Part shown: one piece after another, positions 47,276 to 56,689 of the stretch
How the letters are laid out: every line of letters begins with the position of its first letter
Position numbering within the stretch: position 1 is the stretch's first letter
Origin: Sphingomonadales bacterium
GTDB lineage: Bacteria > Pseudomonadota > Alphaproteobacteria > Sphingomonadales > Sphingomonadaceae
Direction of reading: 5' to 3'
DNA length: 64,000 nt
Assembly (NCBI GenBank): GCA_038228865.1
Contig: JBBROX010000001.1
Coordinates: forward strand, 368,657-432,656
Program-made: the position numbers and the translations under genes
Notes under the pieces: generated by a model
The model's database searches: none
What the model was told of the DNA's origin: nothing
What the model saw: only the letters and a program-made list of their open reading frames with translations

Positions 47276-48421
47276 ATGACAACGCAATTCGACCTGACCG
47301 AAGACCAGTTTGCGATCCAGGACATGGCGCGCAAATTCACCGCTGACGCCATCACCCCGCACGCGGCGGAATGGGACGAGAAGCACATATTCCCGCGCGG
47401 CACGATCAAATCGGCAGCCGAACTCGGCTTTGCCTCGATCTATGTCAGCGAGGAATCGGGCGGCATCGGGCTCGGGCGGCTTGAGGCGGCGCTGATCATG
47501 GAGGCGATGGCTTATGGCTGCCCCTCGACCAGTGCCTTCATTTCGATCCACAATATGGCGGCGTGGATGATCGACCGGTTCGGGTCGGCGACGGTGAAGG
47601 ACAAATATCTGCCGAGCCTGGTCACGATGGACCGGATTGCCAGCTATTGCTTGACCGAACCCGGCAGCGGGTCGGACGCAGCGGCGATGAAAACGCGTGC
47701 GGTCCGGGACGGCGATCATTATGTCGTCACCGGCAGCAAGCAGTTCATCAGCGGCGGCGGCGCGAACGAAATCTATGTGACGATGGTCCGAACCGGGGAA
47801 GATGGACCCAAGGGCGTATCCTGCCTCGTTATCGAAAAGGACATGCCCGGCGTCAGCTTCGGCGCGAACGAAAAGAAACTCGGCTGGCACTCGCAACCAA
47901 CCGCGCAGGTGATCCTCGAGGATGTGCGTGTTCCCGTGGAAAACCTTGTGGGCGGCGAGGGCGAGGGGTTTCGCATCGCGATGATGGGACTCGACGGCGG
48001 GCGGTTGAATATCGGGGCCTGTTCGCTCGGCGGCGCGCAGCGGTGCCTGGACGAAGCAATTGCCTATACCAAGGACCGCAAACAGTTCGGCAAGGCGATT
48101 GCCGATTTCCAGAACACGCAGTTCATGCTGGCCGATATGGCGACCGACCTGGAGGCGGCGCGCGCGCTGCTCTATCTGGCGGCCGCGAAAGTGACCGCAA
48201 ACGCCCCCGACAAGACCAAATTCGCGGCGATGGCGAAGCGGCTTGCGACCGATACGGGATCGAAGGTTGCCAATGACGCGCTGCAATTGTTCGGCGGCTA
48301 TGGCTATCTGCAGGACTATCCGATCGAACGCTTCTGGCGTGATCTCCGCGTGCATTCGATTCTGGAGGGCACCAACCAGATCATGCGGATGATCGTCGGG
48401 CGGGAGTTGACGCGCCAGTGA
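47276..48421 (+). CDS. Acyl-CoA dehydrogenase (isobutyryl-CoA dehydrogenase-like)
   Basis: [40 protein letters not shown]; heads the valine catabolic operon. Confidence 0.9.
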   Translation: MTTQFDLTEDQFAIQDMARKFTADAITPHAAEWDEKHIFPRGTIKSAAELGFASIYVSEESGGIGLGRLEAALIMEAMAYGCPSTSAFISIHNMAAWMIDRFGSATVKDKYLPSLVTMDRIASYCLTEPGSGSDAAAMKTRAVRDGDHYVVTGSKQFISGGGANEIYVTMVRTGEDGPKGVSCLVIEKDMPGVSFGANEKKLGWHSQPTAQVILEDVRVPVENLVGGEGEGFRIAMMGLDGGRLNIGACSLGGAQRCLDEAIAYTKDRKQFGKAIADFQNTQFMLADMATDLEAARALLYLAAAKVTANAPDKTKFAAMAKRLATDTGSKVANDALQLFGGYGYLQDYPIERFWRDLRVHSILEGTNQIMRMIVGRELTRQ

Positions 48422-48819
48422 CGATGCTCACTCTGGCAATGGCGACACTGGTGGTGCCCGATTATGACGAGGCAATCGCCTATTTCACCGGCCGTCTGGG
48501 CTTTAGTCTGGTCGAGGATACGCCGCTTGGCGATGGCAAGCGTTGGGTCGTTGTCGCGCCGGGTGCAGGCGCTCGGATACTTCTTGCCCGCGCAAGCGAC
48601 GCCGTACAGGCGAACGCGATCGGAAATCAGGCCGGCGGCAGAGTCGGCTTTTTTCTGCATACCGACGATTTCGACACAACCGTTGCGGATTTTAGCGCGG
48701 CAGGTGTGCAATTTGCAGGTGCACCGCGAACCGAAGCCTATGGCCGTATCGTCGTCATCGTCGATCTATACGGTAACAAGTGGGACTTGATTGAACCCGC
48801 AAGCAGGACGGACGCATGA
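48418..48819 (+). CDS. VOC/glyoxalase family protein
   Basis: LVVPDYDEAIAYF, KRWVVV, DLYGNKWDLIE. Confidence 0.88.
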   Translation: MTMLTLAMATLVVPDYDEAIAYFTGRLGFSLVEDTPLGDGKRWVVVAPGAGARILLARASDAVQANAIGNQAGGRVGFFLHTDDFDTTVADFSAAGVQFAGAPRTEAYGRIVVIVDLYGNKWDLIEPASRTDA

Positions 48820-49841
48820 GCGAGATTATCGTCAGCATTGAAGGCCGCCTCGGTCGTATCCGGCTCAACAGGCCAAAGGCGATCCATGCGCTGACGACCG
48901 ATATGTGCCTGGGCATCATCGACGCGCTCGCCGAATTCGACGGTGACGACGATATTGCCGCCGTCCTGTTCGACCATGCCGACGGTAGAGGGTTTTGCGC
49001 CGGTGGCGACATCCGGATGCTCGCAACAAGCGGGCAGGGTGATGGCAGCGAGGCGCGCGCGTTCTTCCACGCCGAATACCGGATGAATCACCGGCTGTTC
49101 ACCTACACCAAGCCCACCGTCGCGCTCATGGACGGCATTGTCATGGGCGGCGGGGTCGGGATTGCGTTGCCCTGCACGTATCGCGTGGCCACGGAGAGCA
49201 CGCGCTTTGCCATGCCGGAGACCGGGATCGGCCTGTTCCCCGATGTGGGTGGCGGCTGGTATCTGTCGCGCTTGCCGGGGCAGGTCGGCAAGTTCCTCGC
49301 GCTCACTGGGGCGCGACTCGATGGTGCGGAATGCCTCGCGCTGGGATTGGCAACGCATTACTTGTCGTCAGAATCCATTCCAGCCGCAATCGATGCCTTG
49401 CACGACAGCCCCGATCTTTCGGCAACACTCAAGTCGCACGGCATTGGCGCGCCGCTCGCGCGCATTGTCGAGAACCGGACGCATATCGACCGGCTGTTTG
49501 CGGGCGACAGCGTGGCGGCAATCATGGCCGCGCTCGAAGCCGACGGCAGCGAATGGGCGGTGAAGGAATTGGCAACACTGCGCACCAAATCGCCGCTGTC
49601 GATGGCGGTCTCCCTGCGCCTACTGCGCGAAGGGGCGGCAATGCCCGACTTCGCCGCCGAAATGCGGCAGGAATATGCGATCGGTGCGCGCGTGGTGCAC
49701 ACCCGGGACTTTATCGAGGGCGTGCGTGCGCTGATCGTCGATAAGGACAACACGCCCCAATGGGTGCCCGACGTCTCTGATGCGGAGGTCGATTCGATCT
49801 TTGCGCCGATGCCACCGGGAGAGGAATGGACCCCGCTATGA
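48816..49841 (+). CDS. 3-hydroxyisobutyryl-CoA hydrolase-like enoyl-CoA hydratase/isomerase
   Basis: [51 protein letters not shown]. Confidence 0.9.
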   Translation: MSEIIVSIEGRLGRIRLNRPKAIHALTTDMCLGIIDALAEFDGDDDIAAVLFDHADGRGFCAGGDIRMLATSGQGDGSEARAFFHAEYRMNHRLFTYTKPTVALMDGIVMGGGVGIALPCTYRVATESTRFAMPETGIGLFPDVGGGWYLSRLPGQVGKFLALTGARLDGAECLALGLATHYLSSESIPAAIDALHDSPDLSATLKSHGIGAPLARIVENRTHIDRLFAGDSVAAIMAALEADGSEWAVKELATLRTKSPLSMAVSLRLLREGAAMPDFAAEMRQEYAIGARVVHTRDFIEGVRALIVDKDNTPQWVPDVSDAEVDSIFAPMPPGEEWTPL

Positions 49842-50623
49842 CCCCCCCGAATACATACGAAACGATTCTCGTCGAAACGCGCGATGCGGTGACGCTTGTC
49901 ACGCTGAACCGCCCGCAGGCACTCAATGCGCTCAATTCGCAGGTTCTGGCCGATCTCACGGCAGCTTTCCGCGCCTATGATGCCGATCCAGGTCAACGCT
50001 GCCTTGTCCTGACCGGCAGCGAAAAGGCGTTCGCCGCAGGGGCCGATATCAAGGAAATGGCGGGACAGTCGTTCGCCGACATGTATGCCAGCAACTTCTT
50101 CGCCGGCTGGGAAAATGTGACGGCGACGCGCAAACCGTGGATCGCCGCGGTCAACGGCTTTGCGCTCGGCGGCGGCTGCGAGGTCGCGATGATGGCCGAT
50201 TTCATTATCGCGGGCGACAATGCCAAGTTCGGCCAGCCCGAGATCAAGCTGGGCGTGACGCCGGGCATGGGCGGATCTCAGCGCATGACCCGCGCTGTCG
50301 GCAAGGCCAAGTCGATGGAAATGTGCCTGACCGGCCGCATGATGGGCGCAGAGGAAGCCGAACGCAGCGGCCTCGTTGCCCGCGTCGTTCCTGCTGCCGA
50401 CCTGATCGACGAAGCGATGAAGACCGCCGCTGCCATCGCTGCGATGCCGCCGCTGGCCGCCATCGCAACGAAGGAAATGGTCGATGCCGCATTCGAAACC
50501 AATCTGGCCCAGGGAATCGTGTTCGAACGCCGCCTGTTCCACGGCCTGTTCGGCACCGAGGACCAGAAGGAAGGCATGGCCGCCTTTGTCGAAAAACGTC
50601 CGGGAAAGTGGAGCGGCAAATGA
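49838..50623 (+). CDS. Enoyl-CoA hydratase
   Basis: [43 protein letters not shown]. Confidence 0.93.
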   Translation: MTPPNTYETILVETRDAVTLVTLNRPQALNALNSQVLADLTAAFRAYDADPGQRCLVLTGSEKAFAAGADIKEMAGQSFADMYASNFFAGWENVTATRKPWIAAVNGFALGGGCEVAMMADFIIAGDNAKFGQPEIKLGVTPGMGGSQRMTRAVGKAKSMEMCLTGRMMGAEEAERSGLVARVVPAADLIDEAMKTAAAIAAMPPLAAIATKEMVDAAFETNLAQGIVFERRLFHGLFGTEDQKEGMAAFVEKRPGKWSGK

Positions 50624-51492
50624 CCACAATCGCTTTCATTGGCCTGGGCCATATGGGCGGCGGAATGGCCGCCAATCTGGCTAAGGCTGGCCATGATGTC
50701 CGTGCGTTCGACCTTTCAGCGGCAGCGCTGGAAACGGCCAAGGCCAACGGATGTCTGCCCGTCGCGAGTGCCGCCGAGGCTGTCGCCGAGGCACAAGTCG
50801 TCGTCACGATGCTCCCCGCGGGGAAACACGTCGCGCAGGTCTATGAAGAGACGATCCTCAAGGTCGCCAAGCCCGGCACACTGCTGATCGACTCATCGAC
50901 CATCGACGTGGCGACGGCGCGTCAGGTCGCGGAGGCGGCGCAGGCCAAGGGGTTGATTGCGGTCGATGCGCCGGTTTCGGGCGGCATCGCGGCCGCTGCC
51001 GGGGGTACGCTGACTTTCATGGTTGGGGGCTCTGCCGAAGGGTTCGAGCGCGCGCGACCGATCCTGGAGGCGATGGGCAAGGCCGTCATTCATGCGGGTG
51101 CGATCGGGTCGGGGCAGGCCGCGAAGGTCTGCAACAACATGATCCTCGGTGCGACGATGGCGGTAACGACCGAGGCGTTCAATCTGGCGGCTGCGCTGGG
51201 CCTCGATGCCAAGGCGTTTTACGACATCGCCTCGGTCTCGTCGGGGCAGAGTTGGTCGATGACAAGCTATTGCCCGGTACCCGGTGTCGGCCCCGAAACG
51301 CCAGCGGATCGCGGTTACGAGGGCGGGTTTGCCGCTGCGTTGATGCTGAAGGATATGCGCCTCGCGCTCGACGCCGCGCAGACGAGCGGTGCGCACGTTC
51401 CGGTCGCGGCGTGCGCCGCCGAACGCTATCAGGCGCTGGCCGATGCGGGGCAGGGCGGCAAAGACTTCTCCGCCGTTATCGGGCTGGATTAA
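50620..51492 (+). CDS. mmsB: 3-hydroxyisobutyrate dehydrogenase
   Basis: [42 protein letters not shown]. Confidence 0.93.
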   Translation: MTTIAFIGLGHMGGGMAANLAKAGHDVRAFDLSAAALETAKANGCLPVASAAEAVAEAQVVVTMLPAGKHVAQVYEETILKVAKPGTLLIDSSTIDVATARQVAEAAQAKGLIAVDAPVSGGIAAAAGGTLTFMVGGSAEGFERARPILEAMGKAVIHAGAIGSGQAAKVCNNMILGATMAVTTEAFNLAAALGLDAKAFYDIASVSSGQSWSMTSYCPVPGVGPETPADRGYEGGFAAALMLKDMRLALDAAQTSGAHVPVAACAAERYQALADAGQGGKDFSAVIGLD

Positions 51493-52037
51493 GGGCGCTG
51501 GGCTCTGCTGGCCCGCCACTGGGCGGCGGTTTGGCCCCAGGCATCGACACGCGCGTCCTGAAACGGATCGGGCAATCGCGTCGGCCCGCTATTGGTCGAT
51601 CCCAGACGCTGCGCCAGCGCAATCGACCGGGTGTTCTCGGGGTCGATGGTGTGGATCACTTCGCTCCAACCCAGTATGTCGAACGCATAATCCATCGTGG
51701 CGACGACCGCTTCATAGGCATAGCCCTTGCCAGCAAACTGCGGCGCAACGCCCCAGCCGATTTCCTTCGCCGGCCAGCCCTCGGGTTCCCACGGACCGAG
51801 CCTCCCGACCCATGCACCGGTGGAGCGCTCGATCACCGAGAACATTGCAAAGCCCTTGATGTCCCAGGCTCCGCGCATCGAACATAGCATGCGCCACGTT
51901 TCCGGACGTGACTGTACGCCGCCGATAAAGCGCATCGTCTCCGCATCTGCACTCATCACCGACCAGCCGTCCAAATCCGACGCTTCGGGCAGGCGCAGGA
52001 TCAAGCGCTCGGTGAACAGGATCGGCGCGCCAGTCAC
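51489..52037 (-). CDS. GNAT family N-acetyltransferase (RimJ/RimL-like)
   Basis: [15 protein letters not shown]...[21 protein letters not shown]. Confidence 0.85.
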   Translation of the reverse strand: MTGAPILFTERLILRLPEASDLDGWSVMSADAETMRFIGGVQSRPETWRMLCSMRGAWDIKGFAMFSVIERSTGAWVGRLGPWEPEGWPAKEIGWGVAPQFAGKGYAYEAVVATMDYAFDILGWSEVIHTIDPENTRSIALAQRLGSTNSGPTRLPDPFQDARVDAWGQTAAQWRASRAQRP

Positions 52038-52453
52038 CCGAAGCGTCCCTTCAGCTCCAGCAATGCAAGTGCGGCCTTCGCGGCTTCGCCGCCCTTGTCC
52101 TTCTGGGCCGGGTCCGCCCGAACGAGCGCCTGTGCTTCGTTCTCCACGGTCAAGATGCCGTTGCCGATGGCGATGCCGTCCATCGTCAGCGCCATGATGC
52201 CGCGCGCGCTTTCGCCCGCGACGATTTCGAAATGATAGGTCTCGCCGCGAATGACGACGCCGATCCCGACATAGCCGTCATAGCGCCCGCTTTCCGCCGC
52301 TAGCGAAATTGCGCCGGGAATCTCAAGCGCGCCGGGTACGGTGATCACCTCGACGTGATGCCCCGCGTCCTCCAGCGCCGCACGCGCGCCCGCGATCAGC
52401 ATGTCGTTCAGATGGTCGTAGAACCGTGCTTCGACGATCAGGAATTTGGCCAT
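52034..52453 (-). CDS. ribH: 6,7-dimethyl-8-ribityllumazine synthase
   Basis: [30 protein letters not shown]. Confidence 0.96.
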   Translation of the reverse strand: MAKFLIVEARFYDHLNDMLIAGARAALEDAGHHVEVITVPGALEIPGAISLAAESGRYDGYVGIGVVIRGETYHFEIVAGESARGIMALTMDGIAIGNGILTVENEAQALVRADPAQKDKGGEAAKAALALLELKGRFG

Positions 52454-53754
52454 TATTCGCCCTTCGTACCGGGGATGGGACGCTCGCCGACGATCGACAG
52501 GCCATAGCCCTCGAGTCCGACCAGCGTGTGGTGCGTGTTGCTCAAAAGGATCATGTCGTGGACGCCGAGTTCGGTCAGGATCTGCGCCCCTACGCCATAG
52601 TCGCGCAATTCCTCAACCTCGGGCGCGCCCGCACTTTTGCCTTCGGCGCGCAACTGGATGAAACGGCTGATCATGTCCTGCCGCCGCCGGTTGATGACGA
52701 CAATGACGCCCGACCCTTGCTCGGCAATGGCCTCCATCGATCCCGACAAAAGCCCCGATCGCTCATTCAGCTCGCCAAATGTATCGACGAACATCGACAT
52801 CGTGTGCATGCGCACCAGCGTGGGCCTACCGGGGTCGATCCGTCCCTTTTGCAACGCGAGTGTCTCGTCGCCCGTTGCCTTGTTGAAGAAGGTGATCGCC
52901 TTCCACTCGCCGCCCCAGCGTGACTGGAACACCATCTCGGCGCGCTTTTCGACAAGGTGGTCGTGTTTGCGGCGATAGGCGATCAGGTCACGGATCGTTC
53001 CCATCTTCAGCCCGTGCAGCCGCGCGAACGACACCAGATCGTCCATGCGCGCCATCGTGCCGTCGTCCTTCATGATCTCGCAGATCACGCTCGACGGATT
53101 GAGGCCAGCTAACCGGGAGATATCGACGCCCGCTTCGGTATGCCCTGCGCGGACCAGGACGCCGCCATCGCGCGCGATCAGGGGAAAGACATGTCCGGGG
53201 GTAACGATGTCGTCGCGGCCCTTGCTGGCATCGATCGCCACCGACACGGTGCGCGCACGATCACCCGCCGAAATCCCGGTGGTTACGCCTTCGCGTGCCT
53301 CGATCGACGTCGTGAAAGCGGTTTCGTGGCGCGTCCCGTTGGCGCGGCTCATCAGGTCCAGACCGAGTTGTTCGACGCGTGCCTTGGTCAGCGTCAGGCA
53401 GATTAGGCCGCGTCCGTGCGTCGCCATGAAATTGATCGCGTCGGGCGTCGCCATCTGTGCCGGGATAATCAGGTCGCCCTCGTTCTCGCGATCCTCGTCG
53501 TCCACAAGGATGAACATGCGACCGTTGCGAGCTTCTTCGATGATCTCCTCGATCGGGACCAGCGTCGGGGCATCGTCGTTGCTGAATAGGAATGTTTCCA
53601 GTTTTCGCAATGTATCGGCGGTCGGGTTCCAGCTTCCGTCCTCCAGATCGCGCAAGGTGTTGGCGTGGAGGCCGGCGGCGCGCGCAAGGCCCGATCGCGA
53701 CATGCCACCCTCTGTCACGAGGCGGCGGACTTTTTGGATAAGGTCAGTGCTCAT
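52453..53754 (-). CDS. ribB: Xre-type HTH fused to DHBP synthase (RibB) and a degenerate GTP cyclohydrolase II-like domain
   Basis: N-terminal [33 protein letters not shown]; RibB motifs [39 protein letters not shown]; RibA-like tail LVRMH...[11 protein letters not shown] without Zn-binding Cys. Confidence 0.92.
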   Translation of the reverse strand: MSTDLIQKVRRLVTEGGMSRSGLARAAGLHANTLRDLEDGSWNPTADTLRKLETFLFSNDDAPTLVPIEEIIEEARNGRMFILVDDEDRENEGDLIIPAQMATPDAINFMATHGRGLICLTLTKARVEQLGLDLMSRANGTRHETAFTTSIEAREGVTTGISAGDRARTVSVAIDASKGRDDIVTPGHVFPLIARDGGVLVRAGHTEAGVDISRLAGLNPSSVICEIMKDDGTMARMDDLVSFARLHGLKMGTIRDLIAYRRKHDHLVEKRAEMVFQSRWGGEWKAITFFNKATGDETLALQKGRIDPGRPTLVRMHTMSMFVDTFGELNERSGLLSGSMEAIAEQGSGVIVVINRRRQDMISRFIQLRAEGKSAGAPEVEELRDYGVGAQILTELGVHDMILLSNTHHTLVGLEGYGLSIVGERPIPGTKGE

Positions 53755-53764
53755 AATCACTCAT

Positions 53765-53784
53765 AATCACATTGAAATGTGATT
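53765..53784. promoter_or_regulatory. Perfect palindrome AATCACATT-GA-AATGTGATT, candidate operator for the HTH-RibB operon
   Basis: 9-bp inverted repeat with a 2-bp spacer, 10 bp upstream of the ribB ATG; overlaps a TCATAATCAC tandem duplication (53751-53770). Confidence 0.65.
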
Positions 53785-53883
53785 GTCCATATCGAAGGTA
53801 CAGTAGAATGTAGGTCGCAAAGGCGCACTTTGTTTCGGCCATGCACTTGGCGTCCGTCCGCACCCGCGATAGAAGCGAATAAT

Positions 53884-53907
53884 ACTGTATTGCAAGACTA
53901 ATACAGT
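53884..53907. promoter_or_regulatory. Inverted repeat ACTGTATT-N8-AATACAGT in the ribB/pcm divergent region
   Basis: Perfect 8-bp arms; 18 bp upstream of the pcm GTG. Confidence 0.4.
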
Positions 53908-53925
53908 TGTGCGAAACACGCGAGA

Positions 53926-54594
53926 GTGAGCAAGCCGACGATGCCATCCACCGCCGAAGCGACTGCCGACTCCGCCGCGATGCGTCGGGCGATGGTCATC
54001 AGCCAGTTGCGACCGAACAACGTCACCGATGTGCGGCTGCTTTCGGCGATGGAGCGAATCGCCCGCGAGCCGTTCCTGCCCGCCGAACGCCGGGCGGTCG
54101 CCTATACCGATCGTGCGGTGCCGCTGGGCAACGGCCGGGCGCTCAACCCGCCGCTTACCACGGGGCTGCTGCTCGATGCCGCCGAGATTGGGCCGAGCGA
54201 TCGTGTGCTGATTGTCGGCGCGGCGACGGGTTATGCGGCGGCCATCGCCCAGACGCTTGCCGGTCAAGTCGTTGCCGTCGAATCCGACCCGGCGCTGGCC
54301 GATGAAGCGCGTCGCAATGTGCCTGACCTCGATCTGGTGGTAGGCCCCTTGAATCTAGGGGCAACCGGCATGTTCGACGCCATCGTCATCGACGGGGCGA
54401 TTGAATCGGTTCCCGATGCACTCGTTGCCCAGCTGAGCCTGACCGGTCGGCTGACCTGTGCGATCAATGCTGGCGGCGTTGCGCGGCTTGCCGTCGGTCG
54501 GCGGGGCGGCACGGGTTTCGCGCTGTCGGAGTTCGTCGACTCTGAGGCCGTAACGCTGCCCGGCTTTGCGCCCGCCAAGGAATTCGTCTTTTGA
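53926..54594 (+). CDS. pcm: Protein-L-isoaspartate O-methyltransferase-like protein
   Basis: MVISQLRPNNV, AREPFLP, VLIVGAATGY, FDAIVIDGA; precedes tolC. Confidence 0.82.
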   Translation: MSKPTMPSTAEATADSAAMRRAMVISQLRPNNVTDVRLLSAMERIAREPFLPAERRAVAYTDRAVPLGNGRALNPPLTTGLLLDAAEIGPSDRVLIVGAATGYAAAIAQTLAGQVVAVESDPALADEARRNVPDLDLVVGPLNLGATGMFDAIVIDGAIESVPDALVAQLSLTGRLTCAINAGGVARLAVGRRGGTGFALSEFVDSEAVTLPGFAPAKEFVF

Positions 54595-56096
54595 AAGCGA
54601 TCAACGCGTTTCGCGAAGGTAGAATGGATATGAGTCAGCGTCGCCGCCTGATTGCTGCGGTTTTGCTTGCGACTAGTGCCTCGACGGCATCCGCCCCCTT
54701 GTCTGCGGAAACCCTGCGCGAGGCACTGGTCAAGGCGTACCAGACAAATCCGACGATCACTGGTGCCCGCGCCGGGCAGCGCGCAACCGACGAAAATGTG
54801 CCGATTGCCCGCGCGCGCGGCTTGCCGGGCGTGAGCGTCTCCTCTTCGTACAACGAATATGTGGAGGTCGCAGCCAACAGCTTTCTGGCGCCGGCACGTC
54901 AGCTGTCGGCGACGGCGAATGTCTCAATCCCGATCTATCAGGGCGGCGCTGTGCACAATGCCACGCGCGCCGCAGAGACGCGCGTCGTTGCCGGTCAAGA
55001 AGGGGTGCGCGACACCGAGGCGAGCGTCTTTTCGCAGGTAGTCGCCGCCTACATGAACGTCATCCGCGATTCGGCGATCGTGTCACTGAACCAGAAGCAG
55101 GTCGGCGTCTTGCGCGTGAACCTTGAGGCGTCGCGCGACAGGTTTCAGATCGGCGATCTGACCCGCACGGATGTTGCCCAGTCCGAGTCGCGTCTTGCCC
55201 TTGCGCAGGGACAGCTGGAACAGGCCCAGTCGAACCTGATCGCCAGCAAGGAGAATTATATCCAGCTGGTCGGCGAAGCGCCGGTTGCGTTGGAGCCGCC
55301 GCCGCCGTTGCCAAATCTGCCGGGATCCGCCGACATGGCGACCGCCGTCGCGATCGACGCGAACCCGGGCCTTGCAGCGGCGAAAAGTCGGCGTCTGGCC
55401 AGTACCTATGACGTGAAGAGCGCGCGTGCGAGCCGGTTGCCGAAGCTCTCGGCGGTCGGGCAGGAGAGCTACAGCGACTATCTGGGCTCGCTCGGATCGC
55501 TCGGAACGGGCGCAAGCGCGTCCGCCCAGACTGCGCGCAGCACCACCGTCGGCCTGCAGGCGACGATCCCCATCTTCCAGGGCGGCGGCCCCGGCGCGCA
55601 GGTCCGTCAGGCGCAGGCACTCGAATCGCAGTCGATCGAAAGCGTGACCGCAACCGAGCGCAGTATCATCGCGCAGACACGCTCCGCCTATGCGGCTTGG
55701 CAGGCCTCGAACGAGCTGATTGTCAGTTCCGAAGCCGCCGTGGCCGCCAGTTCGCTGTCGCTGGAGGGCGTCCGCGCCGAAAACAGCGTCGGGACTCGGT
55801 CGATCCTCGACATCCTCAATGCCGAGCAGGAACTGCTCAACGCGCAGGTCAATCTGGTGACGGCGCGACGTAACGCCTATGTCGCCGGCTTCTCGCTGCT
55901 GGCGGCGATGGGGAAGGCCGGGGTCAAGGATCTGGGGCTCGAGGGCGGGCCGTTCTACGATCCGCAAGTCAACTATCGCCGCGTTCGCCGTAGCATCAAC
56001 GACTGGGCGAACGACCCCAAGCCTGCGCCGGTCGCTACCCGCACCGTTGACACCAAGGCGCAAACACCGGCATTGATTGGCCCTACGGTTAACTAG
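54591..56096 (+). CDS. tolC: TolC family outer membrane protein
   Basis: ETLREALVKAYQTNP, IPIYQGG, GDLTRTDV.Q, GTRSILDILNAEQEL. True start may be 54624 or 54630. Confidence 0.93.
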   Translation: MKAINAFREGRMDMSQRRRLIAAVLLATSASTASAPLSAETLREALVKAYQTNPTITGARAGQRATDENVPIARARGLPGVSVSSSYNEYVEVAANSFLAPARQLSATANVSIPIYQGGAVHNATRAAETRVVAGQEGVRDTEASVFSQVVAAYMNVIRDSAIVSLNQKQVGVLRVNLEASRDRFQIGDLTRTDVAQSESRLALAQGQLEQAQSNLIASKENYIQLVGEAPVALEPPPPLPNLPGSADMATAVAIDANPGLAAAKSRRLASTYDVKSARASRLPKLSAVGQESYSDYLGSLGSLGTGASASAQTARSTTVGLQATIPIFQGGGPGAQVRQAQALESQSIESVTATERSIIAQTRSAYAAWQASNELIVSSEAAVAASSLSLEGVRAENSVGTRSILDILNAEQELLNAQVNLVTARRNAYVAGFSLLAAMGKAGVKDLGLEGGPFYDPQVNYRRVRRSINDWANDPKPAPVATRTVDTKAQTPALIGPTVN

Positions 56097-56105
56097 ACCG
56101 TAGGG
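56081..56105 (+). other. Stem-loop at the tolC-popZ junction
   Basis: CCCTACGGT-taactag-ACCGTAGGG, perfect 9-bp stem containing the tolC stop codon in its loop. Confidence 0.5.
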
Positions 56106-56116
56106 GGACAAGGGAT

Positions 56117-56653
56117 ATGCGCGTGGCAGATGGGAATGCCGAACCGTCGATGGAGGATATTCTTTCGTCGATCAAACGCATCATCGCCGAGGATAGCGAT
56201 GCCGCGCTGGCCGGGCCGCGCGCCAAACGCTCGGTCGGCCTGACGCCGCTGTCGCGTCCCGAACCCGCAGAAAGCGTCGATGATAACGACGAGATTCTGG
56301 AACTGACCGAGGCGGTTGCGCCTGAACCGGACTTAGTGCCCGAACCTGTCGCCGAAACGCCGAAGCCAGTTGCTGTCCCGATTGCGAAGGCTAAGGCAAA
56401 GGAGCCCGACCCGGTGCCCGCCGAACCGAAACCCACATTGGTGTCATCGACGACCGCCGAAGCGAGCCGTTCTTCGCTTGCCGCGCTCTCGGCGATGATC
56501 GTCAAGCCCAACATTGCCGGTGCTGACACACTTGAGGGGCTGGTGCGCGATATGCTCAAGCCGTTGCTCGCCGACTGGCTCGATGCGAATCTGCCCGAAA
56601 TCGTCGAGCGGCAAGTCGCGCAGGAAATCGCCCGAATCAGCGCGCGAGGCTAG
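56117..56653 (+). CDS. popZ: Polar organizing protein PopZ (DUF2497)
   Basis: EPSMEDILSSIKRIIAED N-helix, Pro/Glu-rich disordered middle, TLE.LVRDMLKPLL..WLD.NLP.IVE..V..EI.RI C-terminus; tolC-popZ-valS synteny. Confidence 0.93.
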   Translation: MRVADGNAEPSMEDILSSIKRIIAEDSDAALAGPRAKRSVGLTPLSRPEPAESVDDNDEILELTEAVAPEPDLVPEPVAETPKPVAVPIAKAKAKEPDPVPAEPKPTLVSSTTAEASRSSLAALSAMIVKPNIAGADTLEGLVRDMLKPLLADWLDANLPEIVERQVAQEIARISARG

Positions 56654-56689
56654 CCCTGTTGCAACGGGGCGGTTAAGCGCGGCCCCGAT

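Noticed and set aside
53767-53782. CRP/FNR-like site at ribB
   Set aside because: The arms read TCACA-N6-TGTGA, the reverse arrangement of the CRP consensus TGTGA-N6-TCACA.
53885-53906. LexA box upstream of pcm
   Set aside because: The spacing is CTGT-N14-ACAG rather than N8, and Alphaproteobacteria use GTTC-N7-GTTC.
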